This document shows positions 1-8,560 of a DNA stretch of 64,000 nucleotides, one piece after another (the stretch's first letter is position 1; each line of letters starts with the position of its first letter). This DNA is from Candidatus Beckwithbacteria bacterium. Lineage in GTDB: Bacteria; Patescibacteriota; Microgenomatia; UBA1400; CG1-02-47-37. The DNA lies in the NCBI GenBank assembly GCA_026397255.1, contig JAPLVF010000013.1, positions 150,062-214,061 on the forward strand, read 5' to 3'. Under the pieces are notes generated by a model. The model ran no database searches. It saw only the letters and a program-made list of their open reading frames with translations, and was not told the origin of the DNA. The translations under genes and the position numbers were made by a program.

Positions 1-639
1 TTTGTTAATAACAATAATTTTTTTATTTTTAGCAGAAACGTTTGCTTTTTTCAGTGCTGGCGCAACAATCGAAGCTAGAGAAATTTTACTAATAATTAAG
101 TCGTTTCTCCCTTTTTGATATTGAGTTAATTTAATTAAATTGTCCGACAGGACCTGTAAATTGTTGACTTCCTCAAGATTGCTAAGTAAAAGTTTTTTAG
201 CTCCGATTAGATTGAGTTGTTTGTCCCGCAGATTAACTTCGATTTCTGACTTAAGAGCGGTTAAAGGAGTCCGCAGCTCGTGGGAAGAGTCAGTGATAAA
301 ACGACTTTGCTCATCAACCATTACTTTAATTGATTGAAGTGTTTTTCCGGATAGAAAATAGGCAGCAGCAGCAGAACCGGTTAAAATTATCAGATTAATC
401 AAAATTAAAAATAATTTAAGTCTGGTTTCAGTTTCCTTAATTAGATCGGGATCAAGTCTAAATCTTTCCGGCGGCAGCGGGTTAGGCAAACGATCTTCAA
501 GCTGTAAGCGATGCATTCGTTCGACTCGATTGAGTTCAGAGGTAATCACTTGATAAATTCCGACACTAAAAAAAACACTGACAATCATAATGATCAGCAG
601 ATACCAAACGGTTAGTTTAATTCGCGCCTGTTTAAACAT
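1..639 (-). CDS. Sensor histidine kinase, N-terminal part only; gene continues beyond window start
   Basis: Manual minus-strand translation from the ATG at 637-639 gives MFKQARIKLTVWYLLIIMIVSVFF... with two hydrophobic segments and the H-box SHELRTPLTAL. The start ATG directly follows the response-regulator stop (TAAATG). It is not in the ORF track because it runs off the window. Confidence 0.75.
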   Translation of the reverse strand, partial: MFKQARIKLTVWYLLIIMIVSVFFSVGIYQVITSELNRVERMHRLQLEDRLPNPLPPERFRLDPDLIKETETRLKLFLILINLIILTGSAAAAYFLSGKTLQSIKVMVDEQSRFITDSSHELRTPLTALKSEIEVNLRDKQLNLIGAKKLLLSNLEEVNNLQVLSDNLIKLTQYQKGRNDLIISKISLASIVAPALKKANVSAKNKKIIVINK

Positions 640-1320
640 TTAATTGGTTTTACCTAATTTGTAACCGAAACCTCTAATCGTATGAATCAAGTTTGGTTGC
701 TTAGGAAAGGGTTGATCGATTTTGTGGCGCAGATAGCCAATATAAACTTCGACGGTATTAGGTAAAACATCGGCATCATAATCCCAAACATGACTGATAA
801 TTTTATCTTTGGTCAGTATCTGATTGGCATGCCTTAATAAGTATTCTAAAAGGCTGAATTCTTTGCTGGATAATTGAATAGATTTACCGCCCCGAGTAAC
901 TTCATAAGTCAAGGCATTCAGGTTTAAATCTTCTACACTTAAAGTTGTCCCGCTAGAATGATGCGGCCGCCGGATTAATGCCCGGATCCGGGCCAATAAT
1001 TCTTCAAAGGCAAAGGGTTTAGTTAAATAATCATCGGCGCCGCTATCCAACCCTTCAACTTTGTCGCTCACCTGCCCTTTAGCGGTTAAAATTAAAATCG
1101 GGGCATGAATTTTTTGCTGGCGAAGCCGGTGACAAATTTCCAACCCATTAATTTCCGGCAGTAAAAGGTCAAGAATAATCATGTCGTAATCTTCCGTGGA
1201 AGCCAGATCAAAACCGTCAGTGCCGGTGTAAGCCACATCAACGGCATACTTTTCCTGCTCTAAGCCCTGTTTGATAGAGTTGGCAATTTTATGTTCGTCT
1301 TCAACGACTAAAATTCTCAT
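640..1320 (-). CDS. Two-component response regulator, OmpR/PhoB family (receiver plus winged-helix)
   Basis: MRILVVEDE...DMIILDLLLP...LTAKG...LDSGADDYLTKPF receiver motifs, and a C-terminal winged-helix segment (...TKDKIISHVW...VEVYIGYLRHKID). Confidence 0.85.
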   Translation of the reverse strand: MRILVVEDEHKIANSIKQGLEQEKYAVDVAYTGTDGFDLASTEDYDMIILDLLLPEINGLEICHRLRQQKIHAPILILTAKGQVSDKVEGLDSGADDYLTKPFAFEELLARIRALIRRPHHSSGTTLSVEDLNLNALTYEVTRGGKSIQLSSKEFSLLEYLLRHANQILTKDKIISHVWDYDADVLPNTVEVYIGYLRHKIDQPFPKQPNLIHTIRGFGYKLGKTN

Positions 1321-1376
1321 AGATAATATATAATTAAATTAATATTATAACCCTAAGCTGAAAATAAGCTGAGAAA

Positions 1377-1805
1377 ATGAATACAATTCCCTTTACCCAA
1401 GACGGATTAGATAAAATTAGTGCCGAAAGAGATAAGCTGACGGCCGAGCGGCCGGAAGTGGTCGGCAATTTGCAAAAAGCCCGGGAAATGGGCGATCTGT
1501 CCGAAAACGGCTACTACAAAGAATCAAAAGCCAGACTGGGATGGCTGGACGGCCGGTTAAGATATTTAAACCGGTTAATTAAACAGGCGGAAATTGTTAA
1601 AAGCGGCCAAGTGACGCTAACTGACGGGAAAAAGACTTATGAATACAAGATTGTCGGCGGTTACGAATCCAATCCGCAAGAAAAGACAATTTCCTACCAG
1701 TCGCCTCTTGGCAGGGCAATTTTGGGGAAAAAGGCCGGAGAAACAGTTAAGGTACAAACACCGAACGGCTTGGTGGAATATAAAATCTTAAAAATCAGCG
1801 CTTGA
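1377..1805 (+). CDS. greA: Transcription elongation factor GreA
   Basis: 142 aa. Contains LT..G..KL..EL and the GDLSENGYYKESK motif typical of GreA, plus a C-terminal FKBP-like part. Confidence 0.85.
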   Translation: MNTIPFTQDGLDKISAERDKLTAERPEVVGNLQKAREMGDLSENGYYKESKARLGWLDGRLRYLNRLIKQAEIVKSGQVTLTDGKKTYEYKIVGGYESNPQEKTISYQSPLGRAILGKKAGETVKVQTPNGLVEYKILKISA

Positions 1806-3615
1806 AATTTAAGTCTTTTTTACGAAGACGCAAAGATTTGGGGGTCACTTCCAACAGCTCATCCGTGCCGATAAAAGTTAAGTATTGCTCCAAAGACATT
1901 TTTAAAGCCGGAGTAATTTTAATGGTGGCGTCGGCGATAACCGAGCGGACGTTGGTTTTTTGTTTACCTTTGCAAACATTCATGTGCATATCCCCTTGGC
2001 GGGTACTTAAACCAACCACCATCCCGCGATAAACGACATCCCCGGGATTCACAAACGAGAGACCGCGTTCCTGTAAATTAGCAATGCTATAAGATAGGGT
2101 TTGGCCGGATTCGTCGGAAACAATGGCGCCGTTACGGACAAAACTTAAGTCTTCACCCTGGGGTTCATAATCCAAAAACTCCGAGTTAACCACGCACATG
2201 CCGGAGGTTTGGGATAATAAATCGCCGCGAAAACCGATTAAATTCCGGGTGGAAATTTTATACTCAAAGCGGACGCCGGATTTTAAGTTAGCCATGTTTA
2301 ACATGACCGCTTTTCTTTGGCCTAAAGAATTAATGACGGTGCCGGAATATTTTTCCGGAACTTCGACATAAAGTTTTTCAAACGGCTCGCAGGTTTTCCC
2401 GGCAATTTCCTGGAAAATCACTTCCGGCCGGGAAACGGAAAATTCAAAACTTTCGCGGCGCATAGTTTCAATCAGAATGGATAAATGGAGTTCGCCGCGG
2501 CCGGCGACGACAAAACTGTTACCGGAAGAACCAGGAGTAATCTTTAAACTGATATTGGTCTCAATTTCTTTTTTCAGACGGCTGGAAATTTGGCGGGAAG
2601 TAGTGAGTTTGCCATCTTGACCGACGAGGGGCGAAGTGGAAACAGACAGCTCGACTTTAAGAATCGGCGGGGTAATATTTAAACCCGGCAGGCCTGCCAA
2701 AACATTAACATCGGTTAAAGTATCGCCGATCTGGACGTCTTTAAAACCAGCTAGGGCAATAATATCGCCGGTGTCGGCTTGCTTGATAGCTTCTTTAATC
2801 AAACCTTTAAAAGTAAATAAATATTCCACTTGAGACTGGCTGATTTTCTGGCCATTGCGGACCACGGCTAAAAAATCGTGTAATTTGATGACTCCCCGAT
2901 TGACCTTACCAATAGAGTAACGGCCTTTGTGAGCATCATAGTCCAGGTTGGTAATTTGAATCTGGGCCGGACCGGTTGGTTCGCCTGATGGTGCCGGAAT
3001 CGTATCAATAATGGTTTGAAATAAAAGCGCTAAATCTTTGGCGTCGGTAATGGTTAAAGAGTGATTAGGATTAAGTATGGTTTGCGTACCGACTATCCCC
3101 TGGCGGCCGACAGCATATAAAACCGGAAATTCCAGTTGCTCGGCGTTTTCAGCCAAATCCACAAATAAATCGTTAATTTCGTTTAAAACCACTTCGGCCC
3201 GCTGATCTTTGCGGTCGACTTTGTTGATAATGACGATCGGCTGGAGGCCGAGCTTTAAGGCTAAAGACAAAACATAACGGGTTTGGGAAAGAACGCCTTC
3301 GGCGGCATCAACTAACAGGAGACAGCCTTCGGCCATGTTTAACACCCGTTCAACTTCACCGGAAAAATCAGCGTGGCCGGGAGTATCGATAATGTTGATT
3401 TTATAGTCGTGCCAATGGATGGCCGTGTTTTTGGCCAAAATCGTGATGCTGCGCTCGCGTTCCAAAGCATTGGAATCCATAATCGTGTCCTGCTGCATTT
3501 CGGACTGGTAAGCGGCAAAAGTGTGGGATTGCTTCAGCAAATGATCGACCAGGGTGGTTTTACCATGGTCAACATGGGCAATAATGGCGATATTTCTGAT
3601 TTTGCTTTGATCCAT
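1795..3615 (-). CDS. typA: Translational GTPase BipA/TypA
   Basis: 606 aa. Has [20 protein letters not shown]1, DTPGHADF and NKVD motifs, with the domain order and length of BipA. Confidence 0.9.
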   Translation of the reverse strand: MDQSKIRNIAIIAHVDHGKTTLVDHLLKQSHTFAAYQSEMQQDTIMDSNALERERSITILAKNTAIHWHDYKINIIDTPGHADFSGEVERVLNMAEGCLLLVDAAEGVLSQTRYVLSLALKLGLQPIVIINKVDRKDQRAEVVLNEINDLFVDLAENAEQLEFPVLYAVGRQGIVGTQTILNPNHSLTITDAKDLALLFQTIIDTIPAPSGEPTGPAQIQITNLDYDAHKGRYSIGKVNRGVIKLHDFLAVVRNGQKISQSQVEYLFTFKGLIKEAIKQADTGDIIALAGFKDVQIGDTLTDVNVLAGLPGLNITPPILKVELSVSTSPLVGQDGKLTTSRQISSRLKKEIETNISLKITPGSSGNSFVVAGRGELHLSILIETMRRESFEFSVSRPEVIFQEIAGKTCEPFEKLYVEVPEKYSGTVINSLGQRKAVMLNMANLKSGVRFEYKISTRNLIGFRGDLLSQTSGMCVVNSEFLDYEPQGEDLSFVRNGAIVSDESGQTLSYSIANLQERGLSFVNPGDVVYRGMVVGLSTRQGDMHMNVCKGKQKTNVRSVIADATIKITPALKMSLEQYLTFIGTDELLEVTPKSLRLRKKDLNFKR

Positions 3616-3692
3616 AGTATTTTGGGTACAATCTGTTAATTATACGCTTAATTGATATAATTATATTATCCGGATCACTGAATTAAACTATA

Positions 3693-3745
3693 ATTTGATT
3701 GCTTTAATCGTTAAAAAGAGAGGAAATTCCTGACGGCTGCGATTT
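3693..3745. repeat. 53-bp direct repeat, copy A, abutting the radical-SAM gene stop codon
   Basis: atttgattgctttaatcgttaaaaagagaggaaattcctgacggctgcgattt. By-eye alignment to copy B at 5310-5362 matches about 47 of 53 positions. Confidence 0.8.
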
Positions 3746-5258
3746 AAAAATGACTTTGGCTTAGCCAATTTTTATAACCGGCATCGAGATCTCTCTGGAT
3801 CTTATTGTCCATATACCCTCTCGCCTCAAGTTCTATGGTTGATAAATAAGTTTCCACCCCCCAAGGTAATCCTGATTTAATTATTGCAAGCATAAGGTTG
3901 GTCGCTGCCATTTTTGAGTCGAAATTGTTTCTGAATGTATTTGTAATTTCTTTTGGTGTATATAATGTTCTCATTAACCAATAATACCCCTGTTGGAGCT
4001 GGTCAGATGTCATATTTTTTGGTTCAAAAACGGAAATTCGATGGTTGTAATGCAATGTATCTCTATCTTTAATCCTTCCTTGTCTTTCCATCTGAATTCC
4101 CCATGGAGTAGATGGATATGGCGTGGCCAGATGCAAAAATGTGTAAGGAACTTTGAGCGATTTTAATATGTAAGCATGCCTGTAAAATGTATCGGGAAAG
4201 CTATGATTATCCAAACCAACAACTACAGATAGATTTAATGGTATACCCATCTCCTTAAAAACAACTTCTGCTTTTGCGAGTAATGTGACTTCTTTATCCT
4301 TTGAACCCGCAACGCGTGGGGTGACTATGTCGTCCGCTCCATAAAGAAAGGAAAAACATCCTCCCCCACCATATTTTGCTGACATAAGACGCAAAAGACT
4401 TTTATCAGGGCCAAAATTTTCTAAATCTTCAAGAAGAGGAGCAACCGTCCCTTCTGTGTACCAATGAATTCCTGTTTTATTCAAATAAGTAAATAGCTCA
4501 TATAAAACTTCTCTTGGGATGGCTGAAGTATTTAAGTCTGTAGAAAATAAATGGTCGCCTTTTCCTAAGCCCATCTGCTTAATTTCCTTAATAATATCCT
4601 CGGCGCTTCTATACCTTACCTCATCGTCCCCACCTCTTTGCATTCTAGTCGGACTGCAAAATGAGCAATAATTAGTACAGCCTCTTTGCCATTCTTGCGG
4701 ATGTCTACGCAGTTTTTCCAGAACTCCCGGTAATTTTGAAAAAATGGACCTATCCGGATAAACATAATCCTTCATATCAAAAGGTTCCATTTTTCTTGAA
4801 TCATATTCATCTTTAAGCCTTCCTGATAAAAGATCGGTCATAAATTCTTCCGCAACAGGTTCAAATTCGCCCTTTACCCGGACATCAGCTTCAGCAAACG
4901 ATTCAGGGCTAAAAGTAGGACTATAGCCACCAACGATAACCCTTTTACCTTTTAGCTTGGCAATTCTTGTCGCTTCCTTCGCCATTGATGTATCAAAGTG
5001 TCTGGCTGAGATAAAAACGTTTCCAACATTTTCAATTAATCCCTCAAGAGCGGAAGATCCTTTCGGAGACATCTGCGCATAGGTAGTCTTAAAGCCGGCA
5101 GCTTTCAGATAGGAACTGACTATGGCGATTCCAAGAGGATCAAGGTGTTCCAAATATTTCCGTATTTTCCCAACCGCCGGCCTTTTTTCATCATAATGTT
5201 GAGGGCCGGCTAAGAGTAAAGCTCGTCTTTCTACTGACATGCGGTCATTATAGGACAT
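3744..5258 (-). CDS. B12-binding-domain radical SAM protein
   Basis: 504 aa. Contains the CTNYCSFC radical-SAM CxxxCxxC cluster, preceded by a Rossmann-like N-terminal domain (VIVGGYSP...). The gene is bounded exactly by the 53-bp direct repeats. Confidence 0.6.
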   Translation of the reverse strand: MSYNDRMSVERRALLLAGPQHYDEKRPAVGKIRKYLEHLDPLGIAIVSSYLKAAGFKTTYAQMSPKGSSALEGLIENVGNVFISARHFDTSMAKEATRIAKLKGKRVIVGGYSPTFSPESFAEADVRVKGEFEPVAEEFMTDLLSGRLKDEYDSRKMEPFDMKDYVYPDRSIFSKLPGVLEKLRRHPQEWQRGCTNYCSFCSPTRMQRGGDDEVRYRSAEDIIKEIKQMGLGKGDHLFSTDLNTSAIPREVLYELFTYLNKTGIHWYTEGTVAPLLEDLENFGPDKSLLRLMSAKYGGGGCFSFLYGADDIVTPRVAGSKDKEVTLLAKAEVVFKEMGIPLNLSVVVGLDNHSFPDTFYRHAYILKSLKVPYTFLHLATPYPSTPWGIQMERQGRIKDRDTLHYNHRISVFEPKNMTSDQLQQGYYWLMRTLYTPKEITNTFRNNFDSKMAATNLMLAIIKSGLPWGVETYLSTIELEARGYMDNKIQRDLDAGYKNWLSQSHF

Positions 5259-5304
5259 TATTTTCTAAATACAACAATTCTTTGTAGAACCTAAAGGCGA
5301 TGAG

Positions 5305-6048
5305 TTATGATTTGATGGCCTTAATCGTTAAAAAGAGAGGGAATTCTGAACGGCTGCGATTTTCCATTTTGGCAGCGCCACCCTCGCTGGATTTATCCGA
5401 AGTCCATTCTTCAATTAATTGAATGACAAAACCGGCTGAGGCCAGCATTTGGGAATAAACCGACAGCGGCTGATGAAAACTCCAGGTCACGGAAGAATGG
5501 CGCTGGCCGGGGTGCATCTGAATGGGAATTTCTAAAGGAGACAAATAACGGTTAATCCGGCGATACTGCAGTTTGTTAGCTTCATCAATCCCCCAGCTGG
5601 ATTGGCGGGGAATCCGGAAACAAGGATGGTTAAGGACAATGACTAAAGTGCCATTTTTAATTAGGTGCTTCCCGGCATTAGTGATGACGCAGGCCGGAGT
5701 TTTAATGTTTTGTAAAGATAAAATTAAAGTAGCGTGGGTAAAGTCCTGGGCCACAGACAGCGGTTTAGACACGTCAGCCACAAGGTATTGATGGTGGGTA
5801 TTTTTGTCGGAACGCTTGGCAGATTCAATTAAGTTCGGAGATAGATCAATCCCGGTATAACTAATGGCCGGGGCCAAACGGCGGGCTAGAACGCCAGCAC
5901 CGCAAGCTAAGTCTAAAATTTTACTTTTTGAATTTAAATTTAACAGCTTTAGAACACCCCCAAGAACAATGTGTTCGTGATAATAGTGACCGGAACCGGC
6001 AGTTAACTCGCTATACCAGCGACTATCTTTTTGCCAAGAAGTTTGCAT
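5305..6048 (-). CDS. Class I SAM-dependent methyltransferase
   Basis: Motif I ILDLACGAGVL and a Rossmann-fold methyltransferase pattern. The C-terminal tail lies inside repeat B. Confidence 0.6.
   Translation of the reverse strand: MQTSWQKDSRWYSELTAGSGHYYHEHIVLGGVLKLLNLNSKSKILDLACGAGVLARRLAPAISYTGIDLSPNLIESAKRSDKNTHHQYLVADVSKPLSVAQDFTHATLILSLQNIKTPACVITNAGKHLIKNGTLVIVLNHPCFRIPRQSSWGIDEANKLQYRRINRYLSPLEIPIQMHPGQRHSSVTWSFHQPLSVYSQMLASAGFVIQLIEEWTSDKSSEGGAAKMENRSRSEFPLFLTIKAIKS
5310..5362. repeat. 53-bp direct repeat, copy B; also encodes the last ~18 codons of the methyltransferase gene
   Basis: atttgatggccttaatcgttaaaaagagagggaattctgaacggctgcgattt. Its reverse complement reads ...MENRSRSEFPLFLTIKAIKS followed by a stop. 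Confidence 0.8.
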
Positions 6049-6602
6049 AGACGGGAATTAATTAATGATTGGGGGAGATGGCGGGATTGCCATTTATTGA
6101 TTAAAAATTTCATGGTTTCAACTTTTTCGTAAGGAAAAATAATCCAGGCATCGGTTTTATAACCATAAAAATCCGGCTTAAAAATTGAGTGAGGTTTGTA
6201 AAAAAGTGAGGCGGTGGTAATGCTGCGGACGTTATTTTTTAATAAATGGCTTTTTGTAAACTTAAATGATTCGCCGGTATCGGCAACATCATCAAACAGC
6301 AATACCTGTTCGCCTTTCAGGCTAACCGGAAAATCCTGGTAAATCTTTGGCTTAACAAATCTTTGATTAACCCCGGAATAAAATTTGATACCTAAACTGG
6401 CCACCTGTCCTACTTCCAAAAAATCGACTAAAGAGCGGGTCATCGGCCAACCGCCTTTAGCTAAAGTTACAATCCGGTCGAATTTTTTGCCGGCCTGAAT
6501 CATTTTTTGAGAAATTTGAAACGCTAAATCGTTCATGTCATCCCAAGTGGGAGTAATAAATTTAATTTTTTCACCGGGAAAACTAATGTTTGGTAAATTC
6601 AT
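6003..6602 (-). CDS. Phosphoribosyltransferase family protein (purine PRTase-like)
   Basis: PRPP-binding motif VLLFDDVADTGES. Overlaps the downstream methyltransferase by 46 bp. Confidence 0.55.
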   Translation of the reverse strand: MNLPNISFPGEKIKFITPTWDDMNDLAFQISQKMIQAGKKFDRIVTLAKGGWPMTRSLVDFLEVGQVASLGIKFYSGVNQRFVKPKIYQDFPVSLKGEQVLLFDDVADTGESFKFTKSHLLKNNVRSITTASLFYKPHSIFKPDFYGYKTDAWIIFPYEKVETMKFLINKWQSRHLPQSLINSRLCKLLGKKIVAGIAS

Positions 6603-7068
6603 AGAAAGTAAAATTATAATTATTTTCAGTATAGTCTGCTTTCTTTAATAATTTAAAGTGGGAGTAATCGGGGAAAAAGACGTCGGCGTGAAAGTCGCCT
6701 TTAACTTTAGTCACATAAAGCTTATCAACCAAATTTTGGGCTAAAGCCTGACGGTAAATTTCAGCGCCGCCGATAATGAAGACTTCTTTTTTATCGATAG
6801 ACTGAGCTAGATCGATGGCTTCTTTTAAAGAGTGGGTGATCTCTACATTCCGTTTTGGAACGGAATAGGGGTGGCGGGTAACGATAATATTGGTCCGACC
6901 AGGTAAAGATTTGCCTATGGACTCGTAAGTTTTTCTGCCCATAATCACCGGGTGGCCGGTAGTGATGGTTTTAAAATGGCTAAAATCTTTTTTGATATGC
7001 CAAAGCAGCCGGTTTTTAGCGCCGATGCCTAACTTATTATCATGGGCCACAATAATCGAAATTTTCAT
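6583..7068 (-). CDS. folA: Dihydrofolate reductase
   Basis: 161 aa. MKISIIVAHDNKLGIG...LLWH...DF..FK..T.G..VIMGRKTYESIG is the classic DHFR N-terminus, and the gene sits next to thyA. Confidence 0.85.
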   Translation of the reverse strand: MKISIIVAHDNKLGIGAKNRLLWHIKKDFSHFKTITTGHPVIMGRKTYESIGKSLPGRTNIIVTRHPYSVPKRNVEITHSLKEAIDLAQSIDKKEVFIIGGAEIYRQALAQNLVDKLYVTKVKGDFHADVFFPDYSHFKLLKKADYTENNYNFTFYEFTKH

Positions 7069-7075
7069 AAATTTA

Positions 7076-7102
7076 CTCTATCACATTCCGGGAATGTGAT
7101 TA
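7076..7102. repeat. REP-like palindrome, subtype I (copy 1), in the folA-thyA intercistronic gap
   Basis: ctctatcacattccgggaatgtgatta has 10-bp perfectly complementary arms. The same 26 bp recur at 46776-46802. Confidence 0.8.
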
Positions 7103-8050
7103 GAATCCTCCGACAACGGTAATATCGGCTTTAATGCCGGAATGCGGATTGTAGCCAATAACCTCAAAATCTGCGAATTTAAAATCGTCAATGTTGGTAA
7201 CTTTGGGGTTTATTTTCATCACCGGAAACGGACGGGGCTGGCGTTTCAACTGAGTCTTGACCTGTTCAATATGATTGGCATAAATATGGGCGTCGCCGAA
7301 AGTGTGGATAAACTCACCCGGCTGGTAACCGGTAACCTGGGCGAGCATTAAAGTCAGTAAAGCGTAAGAAGCAATATTAAACGGTACGCCTAAAAACATA
7401 TCGGCCGAGCGCTGATATAAAAGCAGAGATAATTTATTAGCGGTAATATTAATGTGAAACAGGGTGTGACAAGGAGCAATGACCATGGAAGCGTCGTGTG
7501 AGCCGGACATTTCGTAAATACAGCCGGCGTTCCAAGCGGAAATAATGTAGTGCTTTTTTTGTGGATATTTTTTAATCTTCTCAATCGCCCAGCCGAGTTG
7601 ATCGATAGTACGGGGCTTGCCCGCCGAAGCCTCGGCGAAGGCGGGCCAGTGGCGCCATTGGACGCCGTAAACTGCGCCTAGTTGGCCGTATTTTTCGACA
7701 AAACCGGATTTATTTTTCAGGTTAACCATAAATTCTTCATAAGGTATCGGTTTGGTAACGCCCCAGCTATATTTTTTGTAGGCCCATTCGTCCCAAATGT
7801 GGACGTCATTGTCGATTAAATATTTAATATTGGAGGAGCCGGATAAAAACCATAAAAGTTCGTGGATGATCCCGCGGACAAAAACTTTTTTAGTGGTTAA
7901 AAGCGGGAACCCTTTGGACAAATCAAAGCGGATTTGCCGGCCGAAAACCGATTTTAATTTGACCCCGGTCGAGTGGCTGATTTTCCATTGGCCGTTGTCC
8001 AGAATGTCCTGAAGCAAATCTAAATATTGATATTCCGGGTGTTTTGACAT
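7100..8050 (-). CDS. thyA: Thymidylate synthase ThyA
   Basis: ThyA motifs: R..DLS.GFPLLTTKKVF, LWFL.G..N and ...PCH.LFH. The start is placed at MSKHPEYQYLDLL; the ORF-track start at 8104 adds an unlikely 18 codons. Confidence 0.9.
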   Translation of the reverse strand: MSKHPEYQYLDLLQDILDNGQWKISHSTGVKLKSVFGRQIRFDLSKGFPLLTTKKVFVRGIIHELLWFLSGSSNIKYLIDNDVHIWDEWAYKKYSWGVTKPIPYEEFMVNLKNKSGFVEKYGQLGAVYGVQWRHWPAFAEASAGKPRTIDQLGWAIEKIKKYPQKKHYIISAWNAGCIYEMSGSHDASMVIAPCHTLFHINITANKLSLLLYQRSADMFLGVPFNIASYALLTLMLAQVTGYQPGEFIHTFGDAHIYANHIEQVKTQLKRQPRPFPVMKINPKVTNIDDFKFADFEVIGYNPHSGIKADITVVGGF

Positions 8051-8077
8051 ATAAATAGTTTCTGTTATCATTAAACA

Positions 8078-8560
8078 ATGAAAACAAAAAAAAGCCAACC
8101 CCAACTAAAAAACCCAAGAATCTTCGTGATTGTTTTAGCAATTTTAGCGTTTTTAGGTTTGTTGTTTTATTTTAAAAATCAAATTGTGGTGGCTTGGGTA
8201 AACGGCCGGCCAATCTGGAAGTTGAGCTATAGCCAAGAATTAAATCGACTGGCCGGACAACAGGCATTAAATTCGGTGATTACTAAAACTTTAATTACCA
8301 GTGAAGCTAAAAAACAAAAAGTCAGTGTGGCTAATAATGAAATTCAGGCCGAGATCAGCCGGATAGAAGACTTAGCAAAACAGCAAGGGACTGATTTAAA
8401 TGAACTGTTAACTTTACAAGGGATGACGAGGCAAGACCTGACGGAAGATATCAAATTAAACAAATTGGTAGAAAAAATGGCCGGAACTGAAAGCGCGCAG
8501 ATTCAGGATTGGCTGACCAATTTACAAACGCAGGCGAAGATAATTAAGTGGGTCAAGTAA
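8078..8560 (+). CDS. Hypothetical membrane-anchored protein (SurA-N/chaperone-like?)
   Basis: 160 aa with an N-terminal TM helix followed by a charged helical domain. No firm family assignment. Confidence 0.4.
   Translation: MKTKKSQPQLKNPRIFVIVLAILAFLGLLFYFKNQIVVAWVNGRPIWKLSYSQELNRLAGQQALNSVITKTLITSEAKKQKVSVANNEIQAEISRIEDLAKQQGTDLNELLTLQGMTRQDLTEDIKLNKLVEKMAGTESAQIQDWLTNLQTQAKIIKWVK

Noticed and set aside
140-337. 65-aa plus-strand ORF
   Set aside because: It lies antisense within the histidine-kinase coding region, with no RBS and low-complexity sequence, so it is likely spurious.
1802-2032. Antisense ORFs inside typA and similar antisense ORFs inside ribosomal genes (for example 49594..49869, 55353..55535, 58802..59089, 60347..60565)
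   Set aside because: They are fully embedded antisense to highly conserved genes, which is typical of spurious ORFs in coding-dense DNA.
8051-8104. N-terminal 18-codon extension of thyA in the ORF track (MGLAFFCFHCLMITETIY)
   Set aside because: The conserved ThyA N-terminus begins at MSKHPEYQYLDLL. The extension would overlap the divergent gene start and is unlikely to be translated.
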